Assembly: GCA_028534125.1 (NCBI GenBank)
Contig: CM052817.1
Location: 27,840,001 to 27,904,000 of the forward strand
From: Lama glama
Lineage: Eukaryota
Length of the DNA stretch: 64,000 bases
Direction: 5' to 3'
The position numbers were made by a program, and so were the translations under genes. Below, one piece after another: positions 41,515 through 56,360 of this stretch (position 1 is its first letter; the number at the start of each line of letters is the position of its first letter). Below the pieces are notes generated by a model. That model was not told the DNA's origin. It searched no databases and saw only the letters and a list, made by a program, of their open reading frames with translations.

Positions 41515-44500
41515 CTATAGAGCAGGTGCAAATGTGTGAAATGAATTATCAACTCGGCGGAGACCCCAGAGTGCCCACAGGACCACCGGAGAGAGTCTGA
41601 CTTAAACAAAAGATTTCTTGAGACATCCGTAGTCTAGTCCTTTTACCCCATTTTCTCAGAGAGGAGAAGAGATTTCAAGAAGTTAGATACTTTTGAGGCC
41701 ATTTCCTCCAGAGCTAAGAAGAGTTTTGTCCCAAGTAGTCCAGCCAAAAGATTTCCCCACACCCCTCAGTTATATTTAAGTCAAATGGAGACACAGAACT
41801 TGCAATTAATTAACAATTAATAAAAAACACAAAATCTATTTGTAGTGTTGTTAGCTTCTAAAATATTGGCTGACTTACCGCATATAGTAAGCATGGCATT
41901 TAAGAATTAAAAAATTAGCCATTACTATGTCTTTTTCCTGCTTTGCACATAGTCTAGTGTGAAATAATTTCCTCAGTTATACAGAGAAATCCCAAAAGTC
42001 ATGCAAAGAGGAAATTTCACAGAATTTTTAATCAGAAAAATTCCATTGCCACTCTAATATGGTATGAAATGTGTTCCTTAATTTCAAAATAAAAAAAATA
42101 ACTATTTTCAGAAAATAATTTACTAGGTCAAATGACAAGAAAAAACATTTATTTTTCAATAAACATTTAGAATAATCTTCTAGCAACAGAAGAAACAAAT
42201 CCATGTAATTGTGTCCCCTTCTAAAAGCAGACTGCAAGAAATAACGCCTGTTTTTCTCCATGGCACACAGAACAGTGTCTCACAGGGTAGGAAGTCAAAT
42301 ATTTGTCGAATAAATGAATTTGAGTAATAATTCTGAAACGCACTTTTAAACATCGTCAATCCTCCCAAACACGCCATTTCTCCATTGGTTGATGTATGAA
42401 ACTTTGCTTTGATATCAAAGCCCATGCAAGCACGAAGTGCTAATTAGTAATCCACATGTGTAGCAGCAAATGCTTATGCAATTTTGTTTTAACCACTGGA
42501 AATGACTCTGTGGACAAATTTCCATCTTTTAGTTTCCCCACTGTAAAAGCTTTAGTTAAACCGCTGTAAGTTATGTTAGCTCTGTACTGTGCCAGATATT
42601 TTTAGACCCTGCAATGGAACAATATTTATCATATGCAAAAAAAAAAAAATAAAAGGGATCATCTGCAAAATGAACTCACTGCAGTTACACATTTAGGCTT
42701 TTGTTGAAGTGAAATATTTAGAAATGTTGACATTGGTAGTAATCTTCCACACATACTTTTAAAAGTCCAGGGGTGTTAACTGGTTCTTCTTAGACATACT
42801 TAATTGTCATTGGGAATTAAGGCAAGAAAGCTAATTAATCTAAAACTCCAGTGGTTTTGCAAATATTTGTAAAACTGGTATTTGCAAATATTTGTAAAAC
42901 TGGTTTTTGCCAGTGAAATAAGCAGATAGGGGGACTGAGAGAGGGCCATTTTTATGGCCACTTTTCTTACTCTACTCTTAAAATGATCTAACATGACCGA
43001 CCACGGGACTCTGAGGGACACTAAAATATGTAGCTGCTTTGAGTGAGTGGCAGCTTTAGCAGCAGGTGGTCTGATTTTGTTAGCAGAGCGCTGTGGATGG
43101 GGTGCTGGGGAGTCTCTGGTGTTCGAAGTGGAAATGACTACAGAAGACTGCAGGACGGCAGTGTATCATTATGGAACTTCTTTTTCCCAAAATACGTTTT
43201 CCAGGTTTCAGGCAGGCCCGCCTAGATGCATGATCCTTTAATGTTATAACACGGATGTGTTAGGAAGGCAGATGTGAGAACTGTGTCTTTCACATCATGG
43301 CCACTTAAATATATAAGATAATGGAGTTCTGTTTTGTAATGGTTCATATAAGGCTGTACTTTCACTCAGCTATTACAACCAATTAATGTCTAGTGTTTGG
43401 AAAAAACAAAAGAAAAAGAAAGTTTCTTTCTTGGGAAGGAAGCACACCACTGCGGAGAGAACCTCCGGCAACCTTTCTCGGACATCTCATGCAGACCAGG
43501 AGGACCATTCCCACCCCTCCGGCTGACTGAGGAGTCCGGGAGGTGTACAGCTTCCAGCACAGTTCCTGGCACTTCGGAAGCGCTGAACAAACCCTAGTTC
43601 TCCCCACCTTTCCCAACCCCCAGATCCCAAGGAATTTATGATTAAAAAATCAGCTAGAACAGAGGTCATCACTGAAGATACTTTGTGAGAATCATTTCTG
43701 ATGTCTTGGTTTATATTCAACATTACCTTGACGAGACATGTCTATGGCTGATGGAAATTAATGAGTTTTAATTTATAATGCCCCCAACTCCGCTTCCTTA
43801 GTAGGAAAACTACTGGGTTTTTGTTCTGTTTTTTTGTCTTAGCTATGTCGACCCTCTTACAGAGCAGAGTCCCTCCTATAGAACACGAATGCTGTTCACG
43901 GGAGGGTGCTTAATAAATCCTACGTGTTGATGATCCGTATTTCTCTAGTCTTATCCTGCCGTTAGGGAACAAATCATCATTTCAAAATGTTCTCTGCTAT
44001 CAAGGTTTATGGGGAATGATATTACTGTCAAGTCACGTTATAAAATATACCGGTAACATGTTAACGTTAATGGATATGTTAAAAGTGCAGTTTTTGTTGA
44101 ACAGCTTAACAGTGTGAGAAGAAAAAAAAAAACAGACTCCAGGATCCCTTCTAACTAAAACCACACTTTATTCACAACTCTTGGTCAGCAGTTTGACTCA
44201 ATTTGTAGGGTCTTTCATTTACATACAAACCTCTGCAAATTTTGGATTTATTTAGTGCAACCACCCAACTACCACTTAAGTATTGTTAGGTCATTTCCAA
44301 GCCCACTGAACGCTTGCAACGTTAGTATCTGGTGGAGGTGAGGTGGAAATATACCATGTTTTAAAAGAACAGTTCGTTTAGAAACACTAAAAAAAGTACA
44401 GGTAAAAACCCACTTACTATCCTGGAACACATTATTTGAAGGTATTTTTCAGTTATCTTTGAAGACTGGTAAACTTGCATTTGTTTCTGTATTGGGTTGC

Positions 44501-47500
44501 CAAGCTATTTTGGCTGACTCATTAAAACGGATCTCCAGAAAGTACAACCATACATTCACGGAATGTTTTAGTGACAGCATATGACAGCTGTCCTGTACTC
44601 GGTAGGGAGATCAATATACAAGAGCAGGCTGGGGGGAAACATTTGCTATGTCCTCCTATCCTAAACCCTCACCAAGAAATTTATGTCATAAAGTCCAGTG
44701 CGAACACTGAGAAATAGTTTCTTTTCTATTAGTTCTGGGGTAAGGTTGAAATTGCTTTTCAGTAAGACAAATAATACAGACACAGGCTGGGGAGACCACC
44801 ATCACTGTCCACAAGACCAAATTATACGACATCCATACTTCCCTGCTCTCTTCTTTGAAGTTAAGGCTGTGAGCCAAACAGTGGTGATGGAAATTAATGA
44901 GGACTGACCTGAAGATCCTGGGCTAAAATTCTACTTAGTAAAGGCCGGTGATGATATGCTGGCTAATGTCTACAGTTAGATATAAGAAGTTAGGAGTCTC
45001 ATTACTCATATTGCCTGTCGTAAGATGTATTGCTTCACACGCGCATGAAAGATACCCAGTAATCACTGCCTTGTCTCCAATGAGCCCAGTGTCCACAAGC
45101 CTTTGTTTTAAATCTTTGGCTTTCTGAATTCATGTTTTGTTTTGTTGTGTTTTGGAAAAAGTGATATGTAACACACGACTTATAGATGTAATACTCCCAT
45201 GTGGGATCTGTGAGGCCCATATTCCAAAAAATGAATATTTCTGCTATATAATATAGAAATTTTTACATTGTAGAAAAAATAAACACTATCAATGTCCTTA
45301 TATTTACAGAACAACTGGTTTAGATTTCTCCAGCAAATTTTGCTCTAAAACTAAGGAAAAAAATTGAATTTCAAAGCTTTTTGGATTTTGGAAATGAAGA
45401 TGCTTCTCTCTAGTGTTGGAGGATGTATGTTCACATAAAAGTAATAGCAAAAACCAGGGTTTCACGGCTGATAAGTCATCTTCTTAACCCAAAATAGTAA
45501 GCTGTGGCTACACAGTGATTAGGAATAACGTTTGGCTGTATTCTCCCAACACTTTAGACTTAAATTTGATTTCTGTCATAACCCATGGCTCAAAATCAAT
45601 ATACTGAGATGATGAAACATACCTTTTCCCTCAAAATTTCAGTGTAAAATTACGATGTACCTAATTTGCTGGATAATATGATGTGGTATACTATTTCTAT
45701 AAAAAAGACTAATTATTTTAACTAAGATGTTTTGATTTTTGAAAATGAGTAGAGATGAGAGATAAATTATTATAAATACTAATCTGGATATAGTGCTTAT
45801 AAGATACAGTTTCTCTGACACAGTTTCATTTTACTCTAGCTTGACTTCATAGTAGTGCTTAGTGATGATTTAAAAAAAATTGAGGATGATCAACTCAAGA
45901 GCGTTCTTAAGAACTGCATCATTCTATGACAAAAAAAGTAAACACGCATCACTTTGGACGGCACTAGTTTGGGAAATGTGACCTATATAATTCTGTGTTC
46001 TTCTCTATCACATTTTAATTTAACCACCCACAAGGCAACCCACCACTCAACTATCCTTATCCCTTCCATCCATGCTTTCATTCATTCATTCATGCCTTGG
46101 TTCATTCTCTTGACAACTCATTCATCCATTCAAAAAATGTTATTGAGTGCTACTGTGTTCCTGGCTCTGTGGTTGGTGCTGGGTTGCAGTTAAGACTAAG
46201 ACAGAGGCCTCGCCTCCAAGGAGCTCAATCTAGTAGGGGAAACAAACAAATACAGGACGAACAAATACACTATAAAGCAATAAATGTAAAAAAAGAAAAA
46301 TAAAATACAGAGACGGCAGAGTAGGAATTGATTTTCTCTCTTAAAAGTTGAGGCAATTAAATTTGAACTGGGTTTTGAAAGCTGGGAATTGGATTACCCA
46401 GTCTGTCAGAGGGTATCGGCTCCTAGGCAAGGGAACAACACGTGCAAAGACTGGGAGGCAATGGAGCTAAAGGAAGTCTGGTATCACTAGAATACACAGA
46501 AATCACAATTTCTCCCTCTTTGAAAGATGCAGACAAAATTAGCTAATTGTTTGAAATTTGACCTTAATCTCATTCTCCAAGATTTCTGACTTAATTCTGA
46601 CAGTAAAATCAACCTGGCAATTTCTAAATGCTGTTCACACGAAAATAGTTTCATGTGAAGACTGTTCTAACCAGTTCCCACATTGCCTCTTTCACACATC
46701 TTTTCCTTCCCCTCCTCGCTAGCCATCATTTAGCAGGGAGACCCATGGTCTCGCTCCCCATCACCACCCTTCTGATCACTGATGGGCAGCAGTGGCAACG
46801 TGGGGCATGTGCTGGACCACGGGTTTTCGTCTGGTACTCAGCAAACAGCTAACTTAGTCCTGAGTTCTTAAGAAAAGCTGAACAGCTATTTTAGGCAAAT
46901 GAGCTGAGTGGCAGGAAATTTATCTGATGCACCTTCTGTGGCGAGGTTGATGGTCATTTATGGTAGAATTCACTTCTTCCCTTTTAGGCTCTCTGACTTA
47001 TTTACTGGAAGGGGTTACACACAGCACAGACTCACTGAATCTTTAGGATCTCGAAGTCAGGTCATCACAGCAAACCCTCAGCCTGATTTCTGAATTGTTG
47101 AAATCACCAGTATACTATAAATGACGAAAACGAAGTATCACGTGGAGGGGCTCAATGTAAGTTTTATTAATATACAAACAGGAGAAATATACTAGAAGTG
47201 GTAACAGTATTAAGTATTATCAGTGGCTTTTCCCTAATAATTGTGAATAAATGGTTTTAGTCATAATTCTGTGAGCTAGAACTTTAACCATATTTTTTTT
47301 ATAGCTAGAGTGGAAGAGAGAAAAAACATTTACTGAGGTAATATTTATGAAAGGCCATGGCATCAGTGTAGATGTGGAAATGAAGGGAAGAGATGCAGGG
47401 GAAGGTGGAGGGAGGCACTATACCTGTAACCCTGAAGGCAGGTGTATCCACCCATCACGCACACAGAGTACTGACTTGGAGAAGCTAAGAACTGTCAAGT

Positions 47501-47535
47501 TAGCGGCAGGCTACTTTGTTGCTATTCCACATTCC

Positions 47536-47656
47536 TTTTTTTTTTCAATTAATTTTTAAATTTAAAAACAATTTTTTTTAAAGGTAGGTACTGGGGAATT
47601 GAGCCCAGGACGTTGTGCATGTTAAGCATGCACTCTACCACTGAGCTATGTCCTCC
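47536..47656 (-). mobile_element. tRNA-derived SINE (Vic-1-like) in ATP8A1 intron
   Basis: T-rich tail then GGTACTGGGGAATTGAGCCCAGGACGTTGTGCATGTTAAGCATGCACTCTACCACTGAGCTA. Confidence 0.82.
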
Positions 47657-48873
47657 AGCCTCTATGTTCTTAAAAAGCAGCAAAAGGAGGCGGACTAGTG
47701 CGTGGTTAGCAGTGGGGGCTCTAGAATCAACTGATGTGGGCTCACGGTGGTCACGTCTGACCTTAAGAACCTCTCTAAGCCCCAGTTTCCTGATCTGGAA
47801 AAGACAGGGATGATGGATACGTACAGGTTGTTACAGGGGCCCAATGCGAGAGCACCTATGAAGTGTTAAGTGCAGGGCTAGCGCGTGGTGAGCGCCCCCC
47901 AGAGGCCAGTGCTGTCATTTTAAATAGAGTCACAGTCTGGTGTGTGGCGTGCCCCTCTGTCCTAGCGAGAGCCAGAGAGAGGGCCGGAAGCCAAGGACTC
48001 AGGTCCACTTCCCAGTCCGACACTTACTCTATTGTGTCCAGCTGAGTAACAACAGTGACACACAATGAAGGTGACACAGACCAGGGCAAAATGTTTCCTG
48101 TGGTTGAGACAAAACTTAAGTTCATTTTAGTGTGATGAAAGGGAGAAAGAATAAATTCCTGGTATTTTCTTCAAATTGTGTTTTATTGTGGTATGCTTTC
48201 AAAAACTTTAATTTCTTTTTTATAATGCTTTTGTGAAATTTAGTAAATTTGATTAACTTTCTAATCTTCTTTTCTGAGGGGGAGAGGGGAGAGGGCTGGT
48301 CGTGAGGAAGAGGACTTGGAAGACATAACTCACTTTGTGTAAGACACATGCCCAGCTCAGTTCTGAACAATGCACTGAACCATGAATGCAACTGTAGGAG
48401 AGTTTTATGTCAAGCTCCGATTTTGGTTACATTCTACTGTGTTAGGGAAGCTGTTTCAAGGTAAAAGTCTTTTCCTCCCTTTTTCAGTTTAATTATACAA
48501 CACAATTTGTAACTACCATTTATTTAGTGCTCATTAAGCACCAGACAGCAAGCTACCTGTTTTATGGACAGTATTTTAATCAATCCTCACAACTAGCCAC
48601 GAGGTAGGTATTATCACCCCTAGTTTGTACGTGAGGAAACTGAGGCTCAGTAGCACGAAGCCACGTGGCTAAAGCCACATACAGCTTAGTGACTGAAAGA
48701 TCTGATTTGAATCCACATCTCTCTGATTCCAAAAGCTGTCAGTGACACTTTGATCCACATTAGTTAGCTCCACGTTAACTGATAAACACAGGTTTAATCA
48801 CTTATTTCCAACCACTGGCAAAAGAAAAATTAAAAGTTCATTTGGAAAAGAACATATATAGTGTGTAGTTTAC

Positions 48874-48966
48874 CTTTTTCCAAGCACAACTGCTCCTGGG
48901 TCTTGAGATTTTGCCTCCAGCTCCTGAACTTCATCTACTAATGTTTTAAAAGCAGTCCTTTTGATA
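48874..48966 (-). CDS. ATP8A1: Phospholipid-transporting ATPase IA, third-last coding exon
   Basis: Minus strand tgtttctgcag|TATCAAAAGG...GGAAAAAG|gtaaa; 93 nt encoding IKRTAFKTLVDEVQELEAKSQDPGAVVLGK; phases match both neighbours. Confidence 0.95.
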
Positions 48967-49654
48967 CTGCAGAAACAGGATGCAAGTATTAGCATGAAGA
49001 TTTAAGACTCTATGAAATTGGCTTTTATCATGCTGCTGATAAATACAAGAGTAACCAGATTACAAACAGCAGCTTTTCCACAGAATCTAAAAAATTACAG
49101 TAATTTTCAGCATTAATATAATTATAGGAACAATAGTCATTAAATAAATGGTTTAGGTTTACAATATGAAAACCCTCATACCTATTAAATAAGCATCATA
49201 CGACTAACTTTAATAAATCTTTTTTTGTGGGAAGAGATAACATTTTAAAACTTACAATCCTTGAGAAAGATTAGTAAAGTTGTAATTTCTTTCATTCTAT
49301 ACTTTACATATGTTAAGAATCAAGCAAGCAAAAAATTTCCTTTCACAATTCTTGTTCACTAAAACTTCATGTGTTTGGAGATAACAGAATTTTTTTCCAC
49401 CCTGAATGGGTTTTTCAGGCTGATTAATAAAAATGTTAAATTGAAGCTACCTGTTCTTCATCTGTTCCATCTTTTAAGCTAATTTAGTTTTTTAGTTCTT
49501 CAATCATTTCTTTCTTCTTTATTTACATAGAATTCATTAATATTACTAATTCCTATTGTGCAAGCTCTAAACTCGAGTCGACGGTACAACTAGAGAAATC
49601 TGAGGGTTAATAAGCACCTATGCTTCTGTGTATGTGACTGAGTATTATACTTAC

Positions 49655-49743
49655 ACTTTGTACACTACATCAAGAAGCAAAGATGCCACAGGGATAAATA
49701 AGAGGCCGGTCCAAAAGACTCCGGAACTAAACAACATGGCTGC
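49655..49743 (-). CDS. ATP8A1: Phospholipid-transporting ATPase IA, fourth-last coding exon (last TM helix)
   Basis: Minus strand ...tttacccag|GCAGCCATG...TACAAAGT|gtaagt; 89 nt encoding AAMLFSSGVFWTGLLFIPVASLLLDVVYKV. Confidence 0.95.
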
Positions 49744-52700
49744 CTGGGTAAACCGTCAGAAACAGCATTACTTTAAAACCAAGAAGTACAGCATGCACGT
49801 TTAGTTTTCATATGATTTCCAGTAGAATAATTTTAAGAATCTCATTCTGCAAGAGGGTATACAATAACTTTGAATTCAAGCTTGAGAAGTATTTGGAATT
49901 AAAAGCCAAATTTATTAAAACATGCATTTACTGTATCTCTTTTTTCCCTCAAGTAGTTAATATAGCAAAGTTTTACCATGTGCCAAATCTTTTCATATTT
50001 TTCTGTGAAATTTTTATTATTGTGACAATACATGGATGGAGTAATAAACTTTAATCTTCTTTTATAACTTAGAATATAAAAATCAATCTGTTTGAGCAAA
50101 CTTCAAACATACTCTGGATTAAGTTCCCCTATAATACAATATGTAAAATCAATCCTAATTAGAAACTAAATTTACTATTTCTGGTGAATAAAAATTAACT
50201 TTACTTTTCTGAAATATTACATGACATTAAAAGATGATCTGGATAAATCATGAATACAGTATAAACAAATTAAGGTATTTATGAAAAAATAACAATTTGA
50301 TGTTATTACTTTTTGTTCAAAGATTTACATAATTTGTTTTGGTGCCTCCTGTTACTGGCAAACTCAAACCAAACACCTAGTATGTAAAACCTAAACCAAA
50401 GTGTATTCAAATGACTTTAAGCATTTTTTGTATTAAATCCCAAATTACTATAAAATATCAGAGCCTTTTGGGTTGCAAAGAAAATGATTCTATAATTTAA
50501 AAAATTAATAAATTGTATTAGTTATGTGCAATTATGATAAAAAATACTTTATAATGTAATTAGGTTACTTCAAGCTTAGAGGAATAGTATCACATAATAA
50601 AACCAGAAGGATTATTTTGTTTCACTTTGAGTCTATTTGTTTATCAAGAATAAATCTGCAGTATCTCTTTAAATCTGTAACTAACGCATGCACATTTACA
50701 TCCTACTAAAAATCACACAAGAAATGTTTTTTAACCAGGCATGGGGTCAGGAATTAAAAATGATTTAGAGTTTAATTCGTATAGGCAGTTTCACAGTGAC
50801 ACATAAATAGTCCTAAGCAATCAATCCTTATCAAATATAAAGACGACTAATTTTAAGTTATGTTTCAGATTACCTATTCACTTTGACTCTCAACTGAAGA
50901 CCAGAAAGTGCTGTTTAATTTTTTTTTTCCCTACGTTAACACAAGCTTACTGACACAATTTTTGGTACAAGGAGACTCAGGTTTTCCCCTACCTAGGATG
51001 AACATCTCTGAACACGTTTAAAATAAAAACACTCTTTTCTCTCAAATTTCAGAAAATAAATGTTGCCACGTGGGTTCAATGGAACAGCACCCACAGTCTA
51101 GACACCACCAAGATGAAAAATAGTCCATAAAAGTCACTTTATTTTATAAGCAAAACATGATTTTCGACATGTTTGCTGACATCCTCAATAGTGAAAACCA
51201 ACAAGGACTGTGTAATAGGAAGTGTCCATCAAGTCGGTGGGTTTTGTTTAGTCGGGAGGAAGCTTCGGAGTAAGGTAATGACTGCAAAATGCCACATTTC
51301 CTTCTCCTGCTGCGGGAAAAAGGTAAGATAAGATTCTAAGTCATGTAACTGAAAGTACCCCGTTTACGTGACTTAATTTTAATCTCTTTTAATTTGGGGA
51401 GATGGGCAAGAGAAGAAAGATTTCTTCTTGCCTTTGCCACCTTGTATTAAGTGTCTGCTGGGGCAGCAGAGGGGAGGCTGGGGCCGCTAATTCTGACCAT
51501 TGTGATGTTAACGATGACGGCGACACTGGCGCCCACTATTCAGTCCCCCAGCCTTTGGCTTTGCAAATGAACACCATGAATTGAGGGGAAAGAAGTTTTT
51601 CTGCGTCATATCTGAAAGCCTGTCAGATTTTTTTTTCTTTTGCAGAGTTAATCCAAACCTAAAAGATTTAAAGCTGACATTCGCATTAAAGACAGAGTCT
51701 CTTTGTATTTTTTGGATGGGGGTTTGGGGGGAATAAAAATCCCACAGAGGTATTTCCTTCCTTTCTGTACAAGAAAGCCTCCCCCGCTCTCTGTAGAGAC
51801 CATTTTTGTCTCTAACTTTTCACATCTCTCCCCTCACAGGCAGGTCAGCTGGGAACAGACGCCCGACCCCGCAGACAATGGGGTAACGGGAGCAGCCTGT
51901 GCTGGGCTGGGCTCGGGCTCCCTCCGAGAGCAGTTTGCAAGTCGCCCCTAACGTGGGAGACTGGGGGGCCCTGCCAAGCGGCCCCGCCGCCCCTCCTCGA
52001 GGCCCTGTGAAACCAAATGGAATCCTCCACAAAAGTGGCTCCCAGGGGACCTGAGAAAGGCTCAGCCCTGGGAGCTGCAAAGCCGGTACACTGAAGGACC
52101 CAGGCCCTGCTGGAACAAACAGCTGCTTGTCTGCAGAGTGAGGCTGCCTCAGCATCGGCCACGAGGACTTCCAACGTGAACCATCGCTGCCGGAAAGCGC
52201 CAGCTGTGGCGCCGGAGGGAGGAACTGTTCTGAAATTTCCCAGTGAACTTGCAGAGAAAGAACGGTTGAGAAAATTCCAGCTCCTGTGCAGTCAGCCAAG
52301 CCCAGGGGCCTGACCCGATAAGAAGGCTGACCTTCTGATTCACAGTGAGGTGACCCCGTGGCACGGACGTCCCCATCTAGAGAGGAACACTTACTTCTTC
52401 ACCTGCAGGCTCCCCCAGGTTGGTGTTGGAGGAGAGAATTTCGATGTGCTACCTACCTACAAACCTTCAGCCACACACTTCTTAAGTCTGCCCCTCTTTT
52501 TACCCCATAACTGTCGGAGCGGGGCACATGGATGCTGATTCTTCACTAAAGCACAGACGCTGTCTAAATAAGAAGGCCCCCCTGGGAGTCCTAAAACTAT
52601 ATCCGCAGACCCCACCTGGGGCAGGGTGGTGATAAACAGCCCTGCAAGCAGGCCGGGCTCTGCCCTTCCCAGCTCTCAGAGCTGGGGGAAGTAACCTGGG

Positions 52701-55700
52701 AGTCTTGCTTCCTCAGCTGTAAAGTGGATTGTAAGAATTAAACCAACAACGTTTATAAAGTGGCTGCTTTTATTACTAACACTGATTATTATACAAGCGG
52801 TCCCCTCTCCATTTTAATTTTCACATTCCTTCAAACACTCTCGTCTTGTGTTCTTTTTAGTGATCTCTCCCAAGAGCTTCAAGAAAGGAAATTTTTATCA
52901 CAACATCAGAATAAGTGTCAGTTTATAAATGTCAAATTTTCATCACATTAACATCACAGTATATGCTCGTCTCAGGACTGAAACTGACCAAGTAACTGCA
53001 CACTCATAAATTCGTCTCAATTTGCTAATTTAGAGAATGGAGATAAATGATTTTTTTTCATAAAAATTATTAAGCCCTGTAAGGGCACAATATATTAACT
53101 TGGAAATAAGGAAAATCATTCAGAAAACACTGCTATAAAACTTCAATTTTTTTTCCTGGGAGTGGGGGCAGCAAGATAAATTAGTACAAATACAAAAGGG
53201 GTTAAGAGTTAATGTTAATCACAACAAAAAAGTAAGCAGTGATTATTAAGTGTCTAGATAAAATTTTACATAAGAATTTTCTAAGCTTAAAAACAGTGAA
53301 AAACATATAAAAAGAAACACTTTGAAGAACTGATTCATGAAAATGTAGACGTTCCACATGTTCAAGAAGAATGTAACCAAAAAGGAAATGATAACTAAGA
53401 ACCTGGGAAGACGGCTGCCAGAAGTATGTGAAATTCTGAGTTAATATCTGATTATAAAAATAGACCACTTATTTTCCTAAGAATAGCTGTGGTCTCAATA
53501 GATAGGGGCAAACGACCTGAGAAGGAAATTCACAAAAGCAGCAGCAAGCAGTCAGTGACACGGAAGGGTGTTGAGCCTCTCTGTAGTCACAGAAACATTA
53601 CCAAAATACATCAGATTTAAATAACTCATGATCACACTTCAGAGGGGAGAAAGGTATGGCAAAACAGCTGGAGTAATTCCAAGTCCCATCAGAAATGTCC
53701 TCGCCTTTGGGAAAGGTAATTGACATGTGCATCAGGAACGCAAATATTCATTCCCATTAACGTAACCATTCACTTTCCAGAACTCTGTTGAAATTTCGTA
53801 CAGCTTTTGCACATAGGTTAGTACCTCATGAAACTGTTCTGTGGTCACTAGTCCTGAAAGCACTCCCCCCAGAAGTGAGTCACAGCCCAAGACTTAGTAA
53901 CGGTATAAACCAACCACAGCAGCCTCCTCCCTCCTGGAGAGTCACAGGGCGGAGAAGCATATTAAGGCTCTGAGACATCACAATGGAGAAGCCTACTGAA
54001 CAGTTTTGTAAACCAAGGTTTCCAAAATGTATTTATCGACCATGGTACACTTCGTCCCATATACTGCTTAGTAACATCCCATGGAACTAATTTTGGGGAA
54101 TGCAAATATGCATTGTGGTTTTATTAAAATAGTAAGACATTGGTGAAAACTAACAGGAAAAAACGATGTGGCTGCTTAAGTAAATGTAGGTCTATGTGAG
54201 AATATTATCTAAGCTATTAAAGATGCTGTTCACAGAATGTAATTATTAGGAAGCTGATTGTCTGGAAGAGTCCTGAGTAATGGGGAAGGTGGGATACCCG
54301 ACACTCTCTCAGGGACCTCCCGTCGTCACATGGACACACTCCCTGGGAGGGTTGGTGGTCTCTGTTACCTACGTGGGGACCAGTCATAGTCTCCCCTGTG
54401 GCTTAGATATCTTGCCTGTGTTTCAAACACAGACTGTCCAGCTCTGAACCTGAATGTCACACAGGCACTTCAAACTGAATACATCCCCAACCGAACACAC
54501 ACTATCTTCCTCCCAGACCTGCTCCTTCTTTTTGCAGGCTCTTCAGCGAGTTGACTTCATCGCCACCATCTGAGACAGAAAGCTGGGCTCTGTCCTTGAA
54601 CGATTTCTTTATACCACACCCCACACATCACCAGGTTCTGTTGCGCTTTAGTGTCTTCAGACCTGCCTACTTCCTGCTCGCCCTGCAGCCACCATTCTGG
54701 TCCACATCCTGCCTGCCCTCCTGGTAGCCTCCTGCGTGGACTCGCTGCCTCCGGCTGTGCTCTGCTTCCAGCCAGTCCCCACACTGCGGCCAAAGGGATG
54801 TCTTCAGTGTGCAAATCGGATCTGAGCAGTTTCTGAATTAAACCCTTGGAATGGCTTCATACCATGTACACCCTCTGGACAGAGTACAGAAATCCTTAAT
54901 ATGACTTCATGACCTTTCCTACCTGACTTCAGATGGCTTCCCCCATCTCCTCTCTCAAGCCAGCCCATCTCTAGCTACACAATGTGCTTTAGTTCCTGGA
55001 ATGTGCCCAAGCTTCCTCTCATGCTCGGGCGCTTGTCTCTGGGACTCTTGTTCACATCAGAGGTCACCTCCTTCCTTAGACTTGGGTTAGCTGACGTGAC
55101 TCTGTGCTTCCCTTTCGGTGGTTAACTGTTACCCATTTTCTAGTTACAGACTATTATCCCTGTAAGAAGAAGAAACAGCTCTTGATTTATTTCAAAACCC
55201 AAGTGCTTAACCACCAAGCAGGTGTTCAATAAATAATTGTTGAATAAATAAGTCCTTACAACCTAGTGTTTAGAAATATTAAAAGTCAAAGAACATCAGA
55301 GCCTTGGGACTATGCTCCTGAGATGCTGCTTGGTTTTTTTTTTTTGTGTTTGGTAGGGGAGTTATCCTGGGAGCAGTTATAACTGGATATTTATGTGATT
55401 TGGGGAGAGAGTGGAGGGGCCTGATACAACTCCATAACCATCGTTTTCCAATGTACACTGTCTTTTCTGTTACAAAAGCTGACCAATACACATTAAAAGC
55501 TAAGTATGTCAAACTACCTTCCCCATTCCCCTTTTGAATCAGCAGAAATATTTCGGTAAATCCAGGGAAAGCATGATAACTGTAAGAAACGATTTTTTTT
55601 AGAGGGGGGAGAAGGGATGTAGAATGGGCAGGAAGAGAAGGAAGGCTTCCTACCAGCATTAATGAAGACTTTTCTTAACTACACAGCATGAATATTTTGC

Positions 55701-55892
55701 TATGTTACATAAAAAGAAGAATATAAAATCCTAGTCTTTCCCATCTCAGCAAGTATAAATTTTATCCTTCCAGCTTGGCTCTGGCCAAAAAACTCAGGAG
55801 TTATTCTTGCTTTCCCTGCTCTTCTCTCAGACTGCACTTCCAACCCACTGGCAAATCTGATCCACTCTGCTTAAAAAAATCCTCAGCATCAA

Positions 55893-56360
55893 TGCTCACA
55901 GCGGTATTATTCACAATGACCAAAAGGTGGAAACATCATCAGCAGACGAATGGACAAATCAAATGTGGCTCATACATATAACGTGGTATCACCCAGTCTC
56001 AAAAAGCAATGAGATTCTGACACACGCTACAGCACAGATGAACCCTGAGGACATTATACTAAGGGAAATAAGCCAGATACTAAAGGACAAATACTATATG
56101 ATTCCACTCACAAGAGGTACTTGGAGTCATCAAATTCAGAGACACAAAGTAGACTCTTGGCAGCCAGGGGTTGTGGGGGAAGCAGTAAAGGGGAGTTATT
56201 GTTTAATGGGTCCAGAGTTTCAGATGGGGAAGATGAAAAAATTCTGAAGATGGATGGTGGTGATGGTTGCACCACTTTATGCACTTAGTAACAGTGAACT
56301 GTATATTTAAAATGATAAACAGTAAGTTATATACATCTTGTCAAATAAGAAAATTTAAAA
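55893..56360 (+). mobile_element. L1 3' end (older L1M-type)
   Basis: GCTCACAGCGGTATTATTCACAATGACCAAAAGGTGGAAAC...CATTATACTAAGGGAAATAAGCCAG...CAAATACTATATGATTCCACT; ORF2 C-terminus-like peptide and 3'UTR. Confidence 0.85.

Noticed and set aside
49572..49584. Overlapping XhoI/SalI sites (CTCGAGTCGAC) resembling a polylinker
   Set aside because: Only 11 bp, embedded in continuous intron between correctly phased ATP8A1 exons; no other vector sequence.
51820..52720. GC-richer patch with 159-aa and 109-aa ORFs in the ATP8A1 intron
   Set aside because: No recognisable domain or splice structure; ORF length is explained by local GC content.
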